Source of the DNA: a virus
Lineage: Duplodnaviria; Caudoviricetes
IMG/VR virus record: IMGVR_UViG_3300038749_000017
Location: 1 to 40,361 of that record
Length of the DNA stretch: 40,361 nt
Strand: one strand, 5' to 3'
The notes below the pieces were generated by a model. It made no database searches. It was not told the DNA's origin and saw nothing but the letters and a program-made list of their open reading frames with translations. This document shows, one piece after another, positions 1-8,323 of this stretch. Numbering within the stretch: position 1 is the stretch's first letter; every line of letters begins with the position of its first letter. Position numbers and translations under genes: made by a program.

Positions 1-1041
1 ATGGCTAATTTTGAGAAAAGGGGCACGACGGTCCGCGCCCTGGTCCGCATGAAAGGTCAGCGCATTAGCGCTACTTTCGACACTGAGAAGGAAGCCTGCG
101 ATTGGGCTAAGAAGACCGAGAAGCGCATCAACGGCGGCGAGCAAATACGCAAGTTCGATGACTCAGCCGACCCCTCTGTTGCATATGTTCTTGAACGTTA
201 CGCTCGGGAGATTTCACCGACCAAACGCGGCGGTGTGACCGAGGCGTATATTCTGCGTGCGGCTGCGCGTGACTATCCAAAGCTCTTTTGCAAGCGCGTG
301 TCGGAGTTCAGCACGGAAGACATTGAGGCCTACGTTAAGCAGCGCAGCAACGTAACTAATAAGTTCGGCCACAAGAACACAAGCGGCACCATCCTTCGTG
401 AGCTTCGCGTCTTGTCGGTCGCGTTCAAGTTCGCAATCAAGCGTTGGAAGATGCCATTCCAAGATGGCGATAGCCCGGTGCGGGACATTACCAATCGCCC
501 CAAGATGCCAGACCACAGGAAACGCCGCGTCAGCGACGATGAGGCCAAGCAGATTTGCGCCCAGCTTGACTATGTCGACGGCACTGCGCCGCAGACGAGG
601 AAGCAATGGACCGCATGGGCGTTCCAATTCTGCCTAGCAACTGCAATGCGCAAAGGCGAAGTTTTCGCCGCAACGTGGCAGCATGTACACACCGACGAGC
701 TGTATATACACCTGCCGGAAACCAAGAACGGCTTTGCACGCGATGTGCCATTAAGCCCGCGCGCACTCGAATTGCTGGCGCTGCTCAAGCACGGTAAAGG
801 CGCTCAGAAACTTGTACCGGTGGCTCGCAAGACTGCTGATAGCCATTTCTTCCGCGTCAAATTGCAACTTGGCATCAAAGACCTGCACTGGCACGACACA
901 CGGCACGAAGCCACTACGCAACTCGCGAAGAAGCTCACTAACACCCTTGAGCTTGCAGCTGTGACCGGGCATAGGTCGCTAGCGATGTTGCACCGTTATT
1001 TCAACCCGACCGCGACAGAAATGGCTCGCAAGCTCGTATAA
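1..1041 (+). CDS. int: Tyrosine recombinase / phage integrase
   Basis: Catalytic motifs TAMRKGE (R), TKNG (K), HDTRH (HxxR), VTGH...LHRY (H, Y). Confidence 0.95.
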   Translation: MANFEKRGTTVRALVRMKGQRISATFDTEKEACDWAKKTEKRINGGEQIRKFDDSADPSVAYVLERYAREISPTKRGGVTEAYILRAAARDYPKLFCKRVSEFSTEDIEAYVKQRSNVTNKFGHKNTSGTILRELRVLSVAFKFAIKRWKMPFQDGDSPVRDITNRPKMPDHRKRRVSDDEAKQICAQLDYVDGTAPQTRKQWTAWAFQFCLATAMRKGEVFAATWQHVHTDELYIHLPETKNGFARDVPLSPRALELLALLKHGKGAQKLVPVARKTADSHFFRVKLQLGIKDLHWHDTRHEATTQLAKKLTNTLELAAVTGHRSLAMLHRYFNPTATEMARKLV

Positions 1042-1092
1042 GGGAGGCCGGCATCGTCTGGTACTTCGGCTAGAGCGCGAGCGCTCAAACGA

Positions 1093-1125
1093 AAACGCCC
1101 CCGAAGCCGGGGGCGTTTCTCTTTT
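1093..1125. terminator. Intrinsic terminator between convergent int and early operon, possibly bidirectional
   Basis: Perfect 11-bp stem AAACGCCCCCG-AAGC-CGGGGGCGTTT followed by CTCTTTT; A-run on the 5' side. Confidence 0.8.
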
Positions 1126-1444
1126 AGGGTGGCGGCCTACGCGGGCGCCCCTTTTTCATCTTGAGCGATACCGGGGCCGGCGGCTCTGCCGGCAGCTCCG
1201 GCGGCGGTGTCGGCCCAATCTCGTTGTCGGGTTGCCGTGGTGCATGTACGTCAGGCATGCCGGAACGATCAGCAAGCCATTTCAGCACGACATGCTTAAG
1301 CCACAGCGGGCGACGCACACCGGCGATACGGGGTGGCAGGCGTTCGGGCTTCGCAGTTGAATAACCCCGCACGGTTTCCTCGCTGTAGCCGAGGAAGCCG
1401 GCGAGCTTCTTAGCATCCCAAACTTCGTCTTCTTGTTCGTCCAT
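1124..1444 (-). CDS. Excisionase/AlpA-like HTH protein
   Basis: MDEQEDEVWDAKKLAGFLGYSEETVR...LPPR...LWLKHVVLKWL fits the Xis/AlpA winged-HTH pattern; convergent with int; start moved to ATG 1444. Confidence 0.65.
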   Translation of the reverse strand: MDEQEDEVWDAKKLAGFLGYSEETVRGYSTAKPERLPPRIAGVRRPLWLKHVVLKWLADRSGMPDVHAPRQPDNEIGPTPPPELPAEPPAPVSLKMKKGRPRRPPP

Positions 1445-1454
1445 CGCAGCACCC

Positions 1455-1847
1455 TTACCGCACCTGATTAGGTGGCTCTTCGTCGTCGTCGTCGCGCGCC
1501 AGCAGCGTGCGAATGTAGGCTTCCTCTGCATCGGACAGCGGCATGCCATGCTTCACGATGGCGAGCACCCTCTCGGCTTCATCAGACGAGATACGCACAG
1601 CACGCACCGTCGCCATCGTGTGCGCGTTGATCTCGTCATGAACCCTGTCCAGCATCTCGCCGACGCCATCGCCTTCTTGCGCGAACGCGCGATTCAGCAG
1701 CAGCGAGAACGCCCACGCGCCGCCGTAGAACGCATCGCGCATGCTGTCGACTTGGTAGTTCGGAGCTTGCGGCGGTATCGCGCCAGCGCGAAACATGGCC
1801 CACATATCGGCGAGCGAGCGGGCATCTTGAATGTTGGTCAATGGCAT
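1455..1847 (-). CDS. Hypothetical phage protein
   Basis: 130-aa ORF with GGGGGA RBS, co-oriented in the early operon. Confidence 0.7.
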   Translation of the reverse strand: MPLTNIQDARSLADMWAMFRAGAIPPQAPNYQVDSMRDAFYGGAWAFSLLLNRAFAQEGDGVGEMLDRVHDEINAHTMATVRAVRISSDEAERVLAIVKHGMPLSDAEEAYIRTLLARDDDDEEPPNQVR

Positions 1848-1867
1848 AATTCCATCCCCCCGGCCAC

Positions 1868-2101
1868 TTAGAGCGGCAGAAAGTAAAAAGTCGTACCGGC
1901 AGTCTTGCCGACATGGGTACGGGATAACGCGCCGGCGTCGTACATGACGCGGGTCAGTGACGCGACGCGCTGATACGGCTGGCCGAAGTGGTCGGCCAGT
2001 TCCGAATTCGTGAACCCTTGCGGGTCATGCTCTTTGAGCAAGTCGACCACCGCTGTCCAGGTGAGGCCGCTCGGAGCCTTAATCATTTCGCGTTTCTTCA
2101 T
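1868..2101 (-). CDS. Small winged-HTH DNA-binding protein
   Basis: FTNSELADHFGQPYQRVASLTRVMYDAGALSR has a wHTH pattern; GAGG RBS. Confidence 0.6.
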   Translation of the reverse strand: MKKREMIKAPSGLTWTAVVDLLKEHDPQGFTNSELADHFGQPYQRVASLTRVMYDAGALSRTHVGKTAGTTFYFLPL

Positions 2102-2137
2102 TTGTGCACCTCATGTAGTAGTTATGGCTCTGCTAGC

Positions 2138-2347
2138 TCATGCTGCTGCTGGCATCCTCCGGTCAGCCGGCGCAGCGCGGCGCTGGCTCTTTTCCACATG
2201 GATAAGCGTCACCTTGACCGTCGCGGTCATGTCGATGCATTCAATGAGCTTGCGCCACGCGCGATGGTCGCTAGTCGCCGATACGGAGTGATGGCAGAAC
2301 ATGTCGCCCGCGCCGCTCACTGCGAAGGTGTAGAGACGTTCGCGCAT
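2138..2347 (-). CDS. Hypothetical protein
   Basis: ATG coupled to the upstream stop (TAATG) with GAGGGG RBS. Confidence 0.55.
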   Translation of the reverse strand: MRERLYTFAVSGAGDMFCHHSVSATSDHRAWRKLIECIDMTATVKVTLIHVEKSQRRAAPADRRMPAAA

Positions 2348-2730
2348 TACTTCACCCCTCGCATAGCGAGCAGGTAACGGGCGATGGACTCGCACCTGAC
2401 GAATAGCTCGGCGTCGCTGCCTTCGGCTGGCGGCTCCGTGGGATCAGGGTGCAGTTCGGCATAGCGGGCGCACAGCCGGTCGAGATACGCGCTCAAGTCG
2501 CTGAGCGTGCCGCGCCGCGTCAACTCTTCAAAATGATGCGGGCGCCGACCGTCAGCCAGCAGGCCGGCGTCGACTAGCGCATCAAGAGCCGGGCACCCTT
2601 CGGGGCTGGCTTCCTTGTCCGTCTCAACGTGCAGCACAAAGAAAGGCGACGGACCCTCATCGAGCATCGTCTTTACATGCCGCGTCAACCAGAGGTAACG
2701 GTCGGCGTTTCTTGCTTGTGCGTCGCTCAT
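2347..2730 (-). CDS. Hypothetical phage protein
   Basis: 127-aa ORF with G-rich RBS; DADRY-like N-terminal motif (NADRYLWL) common in phage early genes. Confidence 0.65.
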   Translation of the reverse strand: MSDAQARNADRYLWLTRHVKTMLDEGPSPFFVLHVETDKEASPEGCPALDALVDAGLLADGRRPHHFEELTRRGTLSDLSAYLDRLCARYAELHPDPTEPPAEGSDAELFVRCESIARYLLAMRGVK

Positions 2731-2741
2731 CTTTCCCCCCC

Positions 2742-2987
2742 TTACTTGCGTTCGAGAACAGCAACCACGGACGCGCGCATAGAGCGGCGGCGCTCGTCTG
2801 CGCGTGCCGGGGCCATTGCCAAGTCATATAGCTGCATCCATTGCGCGTGACGGGGCCGCCGGCACTCTGGACAGCAATAGGCTGTCTCGTCAAAGTAGCC
2901 GGTGAACCAATCCCAACCGTGTCTGCGCATGGGTGCCGGCGGGAAAGGGCTGTTGCCCTGCCTGCCGCAGAAGACGCAAAGATGCAT
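2742..2987 (-). CDS. Small putative Zn-finger protein
   Basis: CVFC...CCPEC; AGGAGG RBS before ATG 2987. Confidence 0.6.
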   Translation of the reverse strand: MHLCVFCGRQGNSPFPPAPMRRHGWDWFTGYFDETAYCCPECRRPRHAQWMQLYDLAMAPARADERRRSMRASVVAVLERK

Positions 2988-3027
2988 CGCGCCCCTCCTG
3001 TTGCACTCCAAAAAGCGTTTGTCGGAA

Positions 3028-3056
3028 CCCGAAAGGCCTTCGGGCTTTCTCTTCTT
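3028..3056. terminator. Hairpin, possible terminator
   Basis: CCCGAA-AGGCC-TTCGGG followed by pyrimidine-rich CTTTCTCTTCTT on the + strand. Confidence 0.35.
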
Positions 3057-3162
3057 ATCCGACCGGTTCGCTCACCTGGAACGACTGCGGCGGCGTGCGC
3101 CACCCGCGCGCCTCGAATTGCTCGACGGCGCTTACTTCCGCATCAATGGCAGAGAGTGTCAT
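3055..3162 (-). CDS. 35-aa small ORF (not in ORF track)
   Basis: AAGAGGT RBS then ATG; MTLSAIDAEVSAVEQFEARGWRTPPQSFQVSEPVG*. Confidence 0.4.
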   Translation of the reverse strand: MTLSAIDAEVSAVEQFEARGWRTPPQSFQVSEPVG

Positions 3163-3232
3163 TTCCACTACCTCTTTTTGTTAGGGGCCGGGCTGGATCG
3201 TTGTCCGCCTCTGGTCTATGTGTTGCCGGGTG

Positions 3233-4630
3233 TTACGAAGCGAGGGCGACCTCGCCGTTAAGCCAGTGTTGGAGCCAGCGCTTAAGCGCCGACACGCTGC
3301 CGTTGAGCCGGATGAACGGGACATGCAGCTTCTTTGCTGCATCGTCTACGTCGTGCCCGGTAAAGTTGGTCATGCCGATGACTACGTCGCAGCCTTGCGC
3401 GCGAGCGGCCACGCCGGCGCCACCGTGCGCACCACTGCCGCCGGTCTGCTGCGACTTGATAAACGTAAATTCCAGCGCGTTGCCGAACGCCCGGCGCACG
3501 TCGTCGGCCTGCTGATTCATCAGCCCGACCACGCAGACGCGGGGCTTATGGTCGCGCGGCGCTACTGACACCGTGCCGACGCCGTCGACTTCCGCGTTCG
3601 GCTTCAAGACCGCGACGTTAGACGGCAGCGTGCCGGGCAGCGATTGGACTACAGACGCGATGCGCGCCGCAACGGCTGCCTCTAGCGACTCGCTGATGCT
3701 CTCCATCAAAGCCCCGGCAATCTTCTGGCCGAGCCGCTTGAGCAAGTCGTCAAACGATGCGTTCTCGAACTTGGCCGCGATGCCGGCATCAATCGCCGCT
3801 TGGCGCTCGCGCTCTTCCGTGGCGACGCGCTCGGCTTCGGCAGCTTCGCGTTCGGCGCGCTCGCGCTCTTCGCGCTCAGCCTGCGCGCGTGCGTCCTGTT
3901 CTTGCTTGTCGAGCTGCTTCCACATCGGCAACAGCCACTCCGACACCAGCGACATTGTCGAAATGTCGCGCTGGCGCTCGTCGTCAAGCTCGATGTTCGC
4001 GGCGCGCACCGCATCTAAAGCAGGTATATCAGTACGTGACATGATTTCGCGGCTCCGTCTGGCGATGCGCTCGCGCTCTTCCTGCGTCCACCGAACTACG
4101 GGCTTTTGTGCCGTAGCTTCCATTTCCGCCTGTTGCTGAACTGGCAATGATTCGCTGGATTCTTGCCCCGACCGGAACTCCGCACCAGTTTCGGGCACGC
4201 TTTCGAAATCTGCTGTAGACTCCCGCTCCGCCGGCATCGGCTCGACCAGCTCCGCGACCGCTTCTGCTTCGGTCGCAGCGGCTTGAACTGCTGCCGGCGT
4301 TTGTTCTGTCTCTTGGATTGCGTTAGCGAGCTTCGACCTCTTCACCGTCACTGCTACGGGCCTGCCATTCGAATGCGGGCCATCGTGAGCCTGCCCGGCG
4401 AACTCTTGCCACAGCGGCATTAACCATGACGCTGTCGACTTCCAGTTCTTAAAACTCGGGCGTTGCCTTTCTTCGGGCAATAGCATTTGCGCATTTTGTA
4501 ACGCAAGGGCATCGCTCAAACTCGAATCAATTTCCTTTAGCCTTAGCGACTCGCGCGCGACGATTTTTTTCTCATCGTCCGTCCAGAGGATGCGAGCTGA
4601 ATTCGTTGCAGCATCAGGCTTAGCAGCCAT
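3233..4630 (-). CDS. Multidomain protein: two internal helical repeats, coiled coil and C-terminal DUF2325-like domain
   Basis: GGGAGG RBS before ATG 4630; two WTxxE...ERQR...WLxPxW repeats; C-terminal DVVIGMTNFTGH...AAKKLHVPFIRL resembles DUF2325. Confidence 0.7.
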   Translation of the reverse strand: MAAKPDAATNSARILWTDDEKKIVARESLRLKEIDSSLSDALALQNAQMLLPEERQRPSFKNWKSTASWLMPLWQEFAGQAHDGPHSNGRPVAVTVKRSKLANAIQETEQTPAAVQAAATEAEAVAELVEPMPAERESTADFESVPETGAEFRSGQESSESLPVQQQAEMEATAQKPVVRWTQEERERIARRSREIMSRTDIPALDAVRAANIELDDERQRDISTMSLVSEWLLPMWKQLDKQEQDARAQAEREERERAEREAAEAERVATEERERQAAIDAGIAAKFENASFDDLLKRLGQKIAGALMESISESLEAAVAARIASVVQSLPGTLPSNVAVLKPNAEVDGVGTVSVAPRDHKPRVCVVGLMNQQADDVRRAFGNALEFTFIKSQQTGGSGAHGGAGVAARAQGCDVVIGMTNFTGHDVDDAAKKLHVPFIRLNGSVSALKRWLQHWLNGEVALAS

Positions 4631-4710
4631 AGTGGGCCTCCCTTTGACAGTGCGTGGCTTCATTCTTAAATATGTCATCGCAGTGACAATCCCGGTTAAA
4701 AAGTGGTCTT

Positions 4711-4750
4711 ACTTTCCACTACTTTCCACTCGTTTCCACTAGTTTCCACT
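4711..4750. repeat. Four tandem 10-bp repeats NNTTTCCACT
   Basis: actttccact actttccact cgtttccact agtttccact, read directly. Confidence 0.95.
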
Positions 4751-4864
4751 GGTTATGTTTTGAATTACCAGTAAGCACTTAATATACGGCACAGGTAACT
4801 TTTACAGTCTTGCCGACACCATTTGTTACAGCGGTTCAAGCGGCTTGATATCTGCTTTTGGCCA

Positions 4865-5221
4865 CTACTCGAACGGCTGCCGCACGTCATGCATGCCGGC
4901 CTTCGCGAGCGCGACGAGCGCCTCAACGTCGAAGTGAGGGCCGTACACCCGAACGCCCCTGTAAAGAAACGCCTCGCGCGCGCGGTGCTCATAGCTGGTG
5001 AGGCAGCATTTGAAGACCGTTTGCACGAACTCGCTTTTGGTCATGTGCTGGGATAGCTGCCATTTGCGGGTGTACTGCGCCTCAAGCTCGCCAGTCGTAA
5101 TGTCTGGCGCCACATACATTGCTTGCAGGTACAGCGCGCCGCCGCTGTTCTCAAAGATGCCGAACGTATAGTCATCAAACGCAATGAGCTTGAGGACTTC
5201 GGCCATTTCTGCGCCAGTCAT
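4865..5221 (-). CDS. Conserved phage hypothetical protein
   Basis: RKWQLSQHMTKSEFVQT...EHRARE.F.YRG.R.YGPH motif; ATGA coupling to the upstream ATPase. Confidence 0.75.
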   Translation of the reverse strand: MTGAEMAEVLKLIAFDDYTFGIFENSGGALYLQAMYVAPDITTGELEAQYTRKWQLSQHMTKSEFVQTVFKCCLTSYEHRAREAFLYRGVRVYGPHFDVEALVALAKAGMHDVRQPFE

Positions 5222-6666
5222 GCTGCCTCCTTTGTTTGCTTGCCGACCTGCCCGCCTTCCAGCCAGTACGCGCGCAGGAAGCCGGGTTCGTCTTGCGGCT
5301 TCGCCTTGAGCGTGCCGAAGACCAGCACCGAATCGAAGATGCGTTCGTTAGCCAGCAGGCTTAGCCAGTTGAAGAGCTGCGCCCGACCGTCAATGTCGAG
5401 CACGTCGAAGCGGTCGAACAGCGCGAACCGCGCGCCCGAGAAATGGGCGATGGCCAGGTTAAGCACTGCGTCGCAGCGCCATTGCTCCGACTCGCTCAGC
5501 AGCGCATATGGCAGGCCTTCGGCTTCGATTGCCATGTCGTCATTGAGCGTGACGCGGGGCCAGTCTGCGAGCTGCGCATAGTCCAGCAGCAGACGGTTAA
5601 AGGGGCGGATCGCCGTCGCCAGCAGCTCAGCCGGCAAGCCGTCCGGGGCGAGGTGCTTCGCGATTTCAGTCCAGTCGATGATTTCGTCATGCGCGGCGGC
5701 TGCTGCCTCGGTGGCTTTCTTGCAGACCTCGGCGCTATGCTTGCGATCTTCGTGCGCGGCCAGCTCCATATTGAGCGCTGTAACTTCGTCGGCGTACTGC
5801 GCCACGAGCCTACGCGCCAGCGGCAGGTGCTCGGCTGCGTCGCCGGCTTCTGCCGCCGGGATGAGCGCATCGTCTTTCAGGCTGACGCCGCCCCCGCAGT
5901 GCGGGCAGGTCAGTGACAGGCCTTGTTGCCGCGCCTGTTCTTCAAGCGCGCCGAGTTCCTTTAGCGCGTGGTCGTGCGCTTCCTGTGCGCGCGTGACATG
6001 CTCAAGCGCGGCATTGTGGGCGTCGCGGTCGTACGGCTCAGCTTGCACAGCGGACCACTCGCCGCCCTTCCTGTGGCCGTAAACCTCGCCGGTGATCGAG
6101 CGCCACACCCCGCGCGCTTCCGTCGCGCGGTCCTTCGCGAACTTGCACGCCGCCGGGAAACCAGCATGCAGGACAGTGACGGCCAGCTCGGCAAGCATCT
6201 TGTCGCAGCCGCGCCGGTGCAGCCGTTCGGCGATTTCCTTCGGCGCGAGGCTGACGCGCATCAGGTCGAAAAGAAACGTCCGTCGCTCGTCCTGCGGCAT
6301 CTGTGCGAACGCGCGCGGGTTCGTTAGGCAGTGCACTACGGGTGCCGGCGGCAGCGCTGGCCCGCGCACTTCATGCCTGAGCGGCGGGAGCGCCGCAGCC
6401 GCGATGCCTTCGGCGCCTTCGGCGCCTTCGCTGGTGTACCCGACTGCGGCAGCCGCCACCTTGGCGCCAGTCGACACGATGGCCTGATGCTCGCCCTTCA
6501 CGCTCACGCGGGACGGAATGCCGGTCAGCGCGAAGCGCACGCCCTCGGCAATCGAAGTCTTGCCGGCACCGTTTGCGCCGCAGAACAGCGTAACTGGCTC
6601 ATCGGTCGACGCGAACACGGCGCGGGCGCCGCAATAGTTTTCGACGGTCACGTTATCAATGCGCAT
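5218..6666 (-). CDS. Rad50/SbcC-like ABC ATPase with Zn hook
   Basis: Walker A GANGAGKT, coiled coils flanking CPHC, signature-like LSESEQ, Walker B-like ALFDRFDVLD. Confidence 0.85.
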   Translation of the reverse strand: MRIDNVTVENYCGARAVFASTDEPVTLFCGANGAGKTSIAEGVRFALTGIPSRVSVKGEHQAIVSTGAKVAAAAVGYTSEGAEGAEGIAAAALPPLRHEVRGPALPPAPVVHCLTNPRAFAQMPQDERRTFLFDLMRVSLAPKEIAERLHRRGCDKMLAELAVTVLHAGFPAACKFAKDRATEARGVWRSITGEVYGHRKGGEWSAVQAEPYDRDAHNAALEHVTRAQEAHDHALKELGALEEQARQQGLSLTCPHCGGGVSLKDDALIPAAEAGDAAEHLPLARRLVAQYADEVTALNMELAAHEDRKHSAEVCKKATEAAAAAHDEIIDWTEIAKHLAPDGLPAELLATAIRPFNRLLLDYAQLADWPRVTLNDDMAIEAEGLPYALLSESEQWRCDAVLNLAIAHFSGARFALFDRFDVLDIDGRAQLFNWLSLLANERIFDSVLVFGTLKAKPQDEPGFLRAYWLEGGQVGKQTKEAA

Positions 6667-6668
6667 GG

Positions 6669-7187
6669 CTATTCCCCTTCTTGGCTGGCTTCGCCCTGGT
6701 CGTCATCGGTTTTGTCCTTCTTCGACCGGCGGCGCGCTTGCTCGATGATTGAGCCGGCATCGGCGTCGGGGCCTACGTTCGGGAGCTGCATCTGGCGCGG
6801 GTCGACCAATACATCGTCAACCCCGCCCATGTGTTCGCCTGCGTTCGCGACCACGATCAGGCAGGCTTTGCCGCGCGCCTCGCACAGATCAGCTAGCGAA
6901 GGGTCGCGCATCGGCAGCGAAAACACCGCTTCGACCTTGTCGGCGAGACTGACTTTCTTAAGGTCACCGACGACCGTCACGCGCCCGGCGGACGCGATGA
7001 GCTTTACCGCTTCGCGCACGTTGCGCGTGACCCGCTCGCGGCAACGGTCGATGATTGCCTGCTGTTCGTCTTCGGAGAGCTTCGGCCAGATATCTGGCAA
7101 CAGCCGCAGCTCTTGCAGAATGCCTTTGAGCAAGTCGCCCGCTACGGTCTCGCTTGTCATCTCGACTACTTCGTCATCAGCGCTCAT
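6669..7187 (-). CDS. Conserved phage hypothetical protein
   Basis: ORF between recT and the ATPase; AGGGGA RBS before ATG 7187. Confidence 0.7.
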   Translation of the reverse strand: MSADDEVVEMTSETVAGDLLKGILQELRLLPDIWPKLSEDEQQAIIDRCRERVTRNVREAVKLIASAGRVTVVGDLKKVSLADKVEAVFSLPMRDPSLADLCEARGKACLIVVANAGEHMGGVDDVLVDPRQMQLPNVGPDADAGSIIEQARRRSKKDKTDDDQGEASQEGE

Positions 7188-7346
7188 AACTGGTCCCCTT
7201 TGGTTAGGCAAAAAGCTGCCGCTAGCGCGCAGTTGCTGCGCGCGAATAACTGTTAGATCAATCGGAACGGGTGGCCGGCGTTCCTATGGCCCCTCCCAAG
7301 ACGGCGGCGAAACAGGCCGCGCAGCGTTAGGGCGCCGGCCAGTGAG

Positions 7347-8318
7347 CTATTCCATAGCGCGGCGCCGCTCGACCTTCTCGGGTTGCTCTGCGCGCGTCTT
7401 CGAGAGCTGCGACAGATCCATCTCGGGCTGTTGCTCCGTGAGCTGTGGCGGGGCGTCGCGTTCGTCGGGCTGGTCGCGCTCGTCTTCCGGGATGACGGTA
7501 AATTCGCCGTCGATGACGCCGAACTCGATTTGGTTCTCGGCGCGGCTGGCGCGGTCGTCCAAGTCGAACGCAGATTGCAATTCGATGCTGACCGGCAAGT
7601 ATTTGAAAATGCGGCGCAATACCGTCTTGCGACCCATCTCGACGTAGTGCTTAGCCCAGACCGTACCGGCTTTGTCCTTCGCGAACGCGTAGTTTTGCGA
7701 TGCGTCGCGGATCGCGTCGACCTGATCTTTGCTCATGACTTCGAACGCGTGCCCGCCGTCCTTGAGCTTCGCGACCGCGTAGAACGCAATCACCTTGCCC
7801 CGGTCGCCTGTCAGCGGCGGGCGGTGTTCGAGCTTTTCATACAGGCCATACTCATAGACGAAGTGGTCGCGCTCGCAGACTTCGTGCGCCGCAATCGAGA
7901 TGACTTGACCCGACCGCCGTGCCAGGTCAATCAACCCCTTATAGCCCAAGATGATTTGCACCTCGACCGTGTTGCGGCGGCGGTTCTCGAACGGAATCAG
8001 GTACGCATGCCCGAGCGGTGTATTCGGCTCAAGGCCGAGCTGTGCGCACTGCACTAGCGCGCTCAGCAGCGATTCCACTTTGCATTCCAACAGCTTCGGC
8101 GTGGCGCGCAGCGCGCCTAATGCAATGCCGATGAGCCGGTCGGGGCTGATGTGCTTCGGCAAAACGTCCATGATGGCTTTGCGCTGGCTCTCAAAGAACT
8201 TGCGCACGTTGCCGAAGCCCGCGTCGCGGGCAACCATCTTGCTCGTCTTGCGCAGCTCGGCGGCGTCGGGCGCCTGCTGTTGCTGCTTACTGCCCTTCAA
8301 CTCTGAGATTGTGGTCAT
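7347..8318 (-). CDS. recT: RecT-family single-strand annealing protein
   Basis: AQLGLEPNTPLGHAYLIPF, ILGYKGLIDLARRSG, W..HYVEMGRKTVLRRIFKYLP. Confidence 0.93.
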   Translation of the reverse strand: MTTISELKGSKQQQQAPDAAELRKTSKMVARDAGFGNVRKFFESQRKAIMDVLPKHISPDRLIGIALGALRATPKLLECKVESLLSALVQCAQLGLEPNTPLGHAYLIPFENRRRNTVEVQIILGYKGLIDLARRSGQVISIAAHEVCERDHFVYEYGLYEKLEHRPPLTGDRGKVIAFYAVAKLKDGGHAFEVMSKDQVDAIRDASQNYAFAKDKAGTVWAKHYVEMGRKTVLRRIFKYLPVSIELQSAFDLDDRASRAENQIEFGVIDGEFTVIPEDERDQPDERDAPPQLTEQQPEMDLSQLSKTRAEQPEKVERRRAME

Positions 8319-8323
8319 GGTGT

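Noticed and set aside
1-60. attL/attR core repeats
   Set aside because: The window starts at the int ATG and ends at a stop codon; flanks are absent and no terminal repeat was seen
4711-4750. Tandem repeats as a CRISPR array
   Set aside because: 10-bp units with no spacers and no cas operon
6331-7647. 438-aa plus-strand ORF
   Set aside because: Antisense shadow of the ATPase/hypothetical/recT genes; Ser/Arg-rich with no motifs
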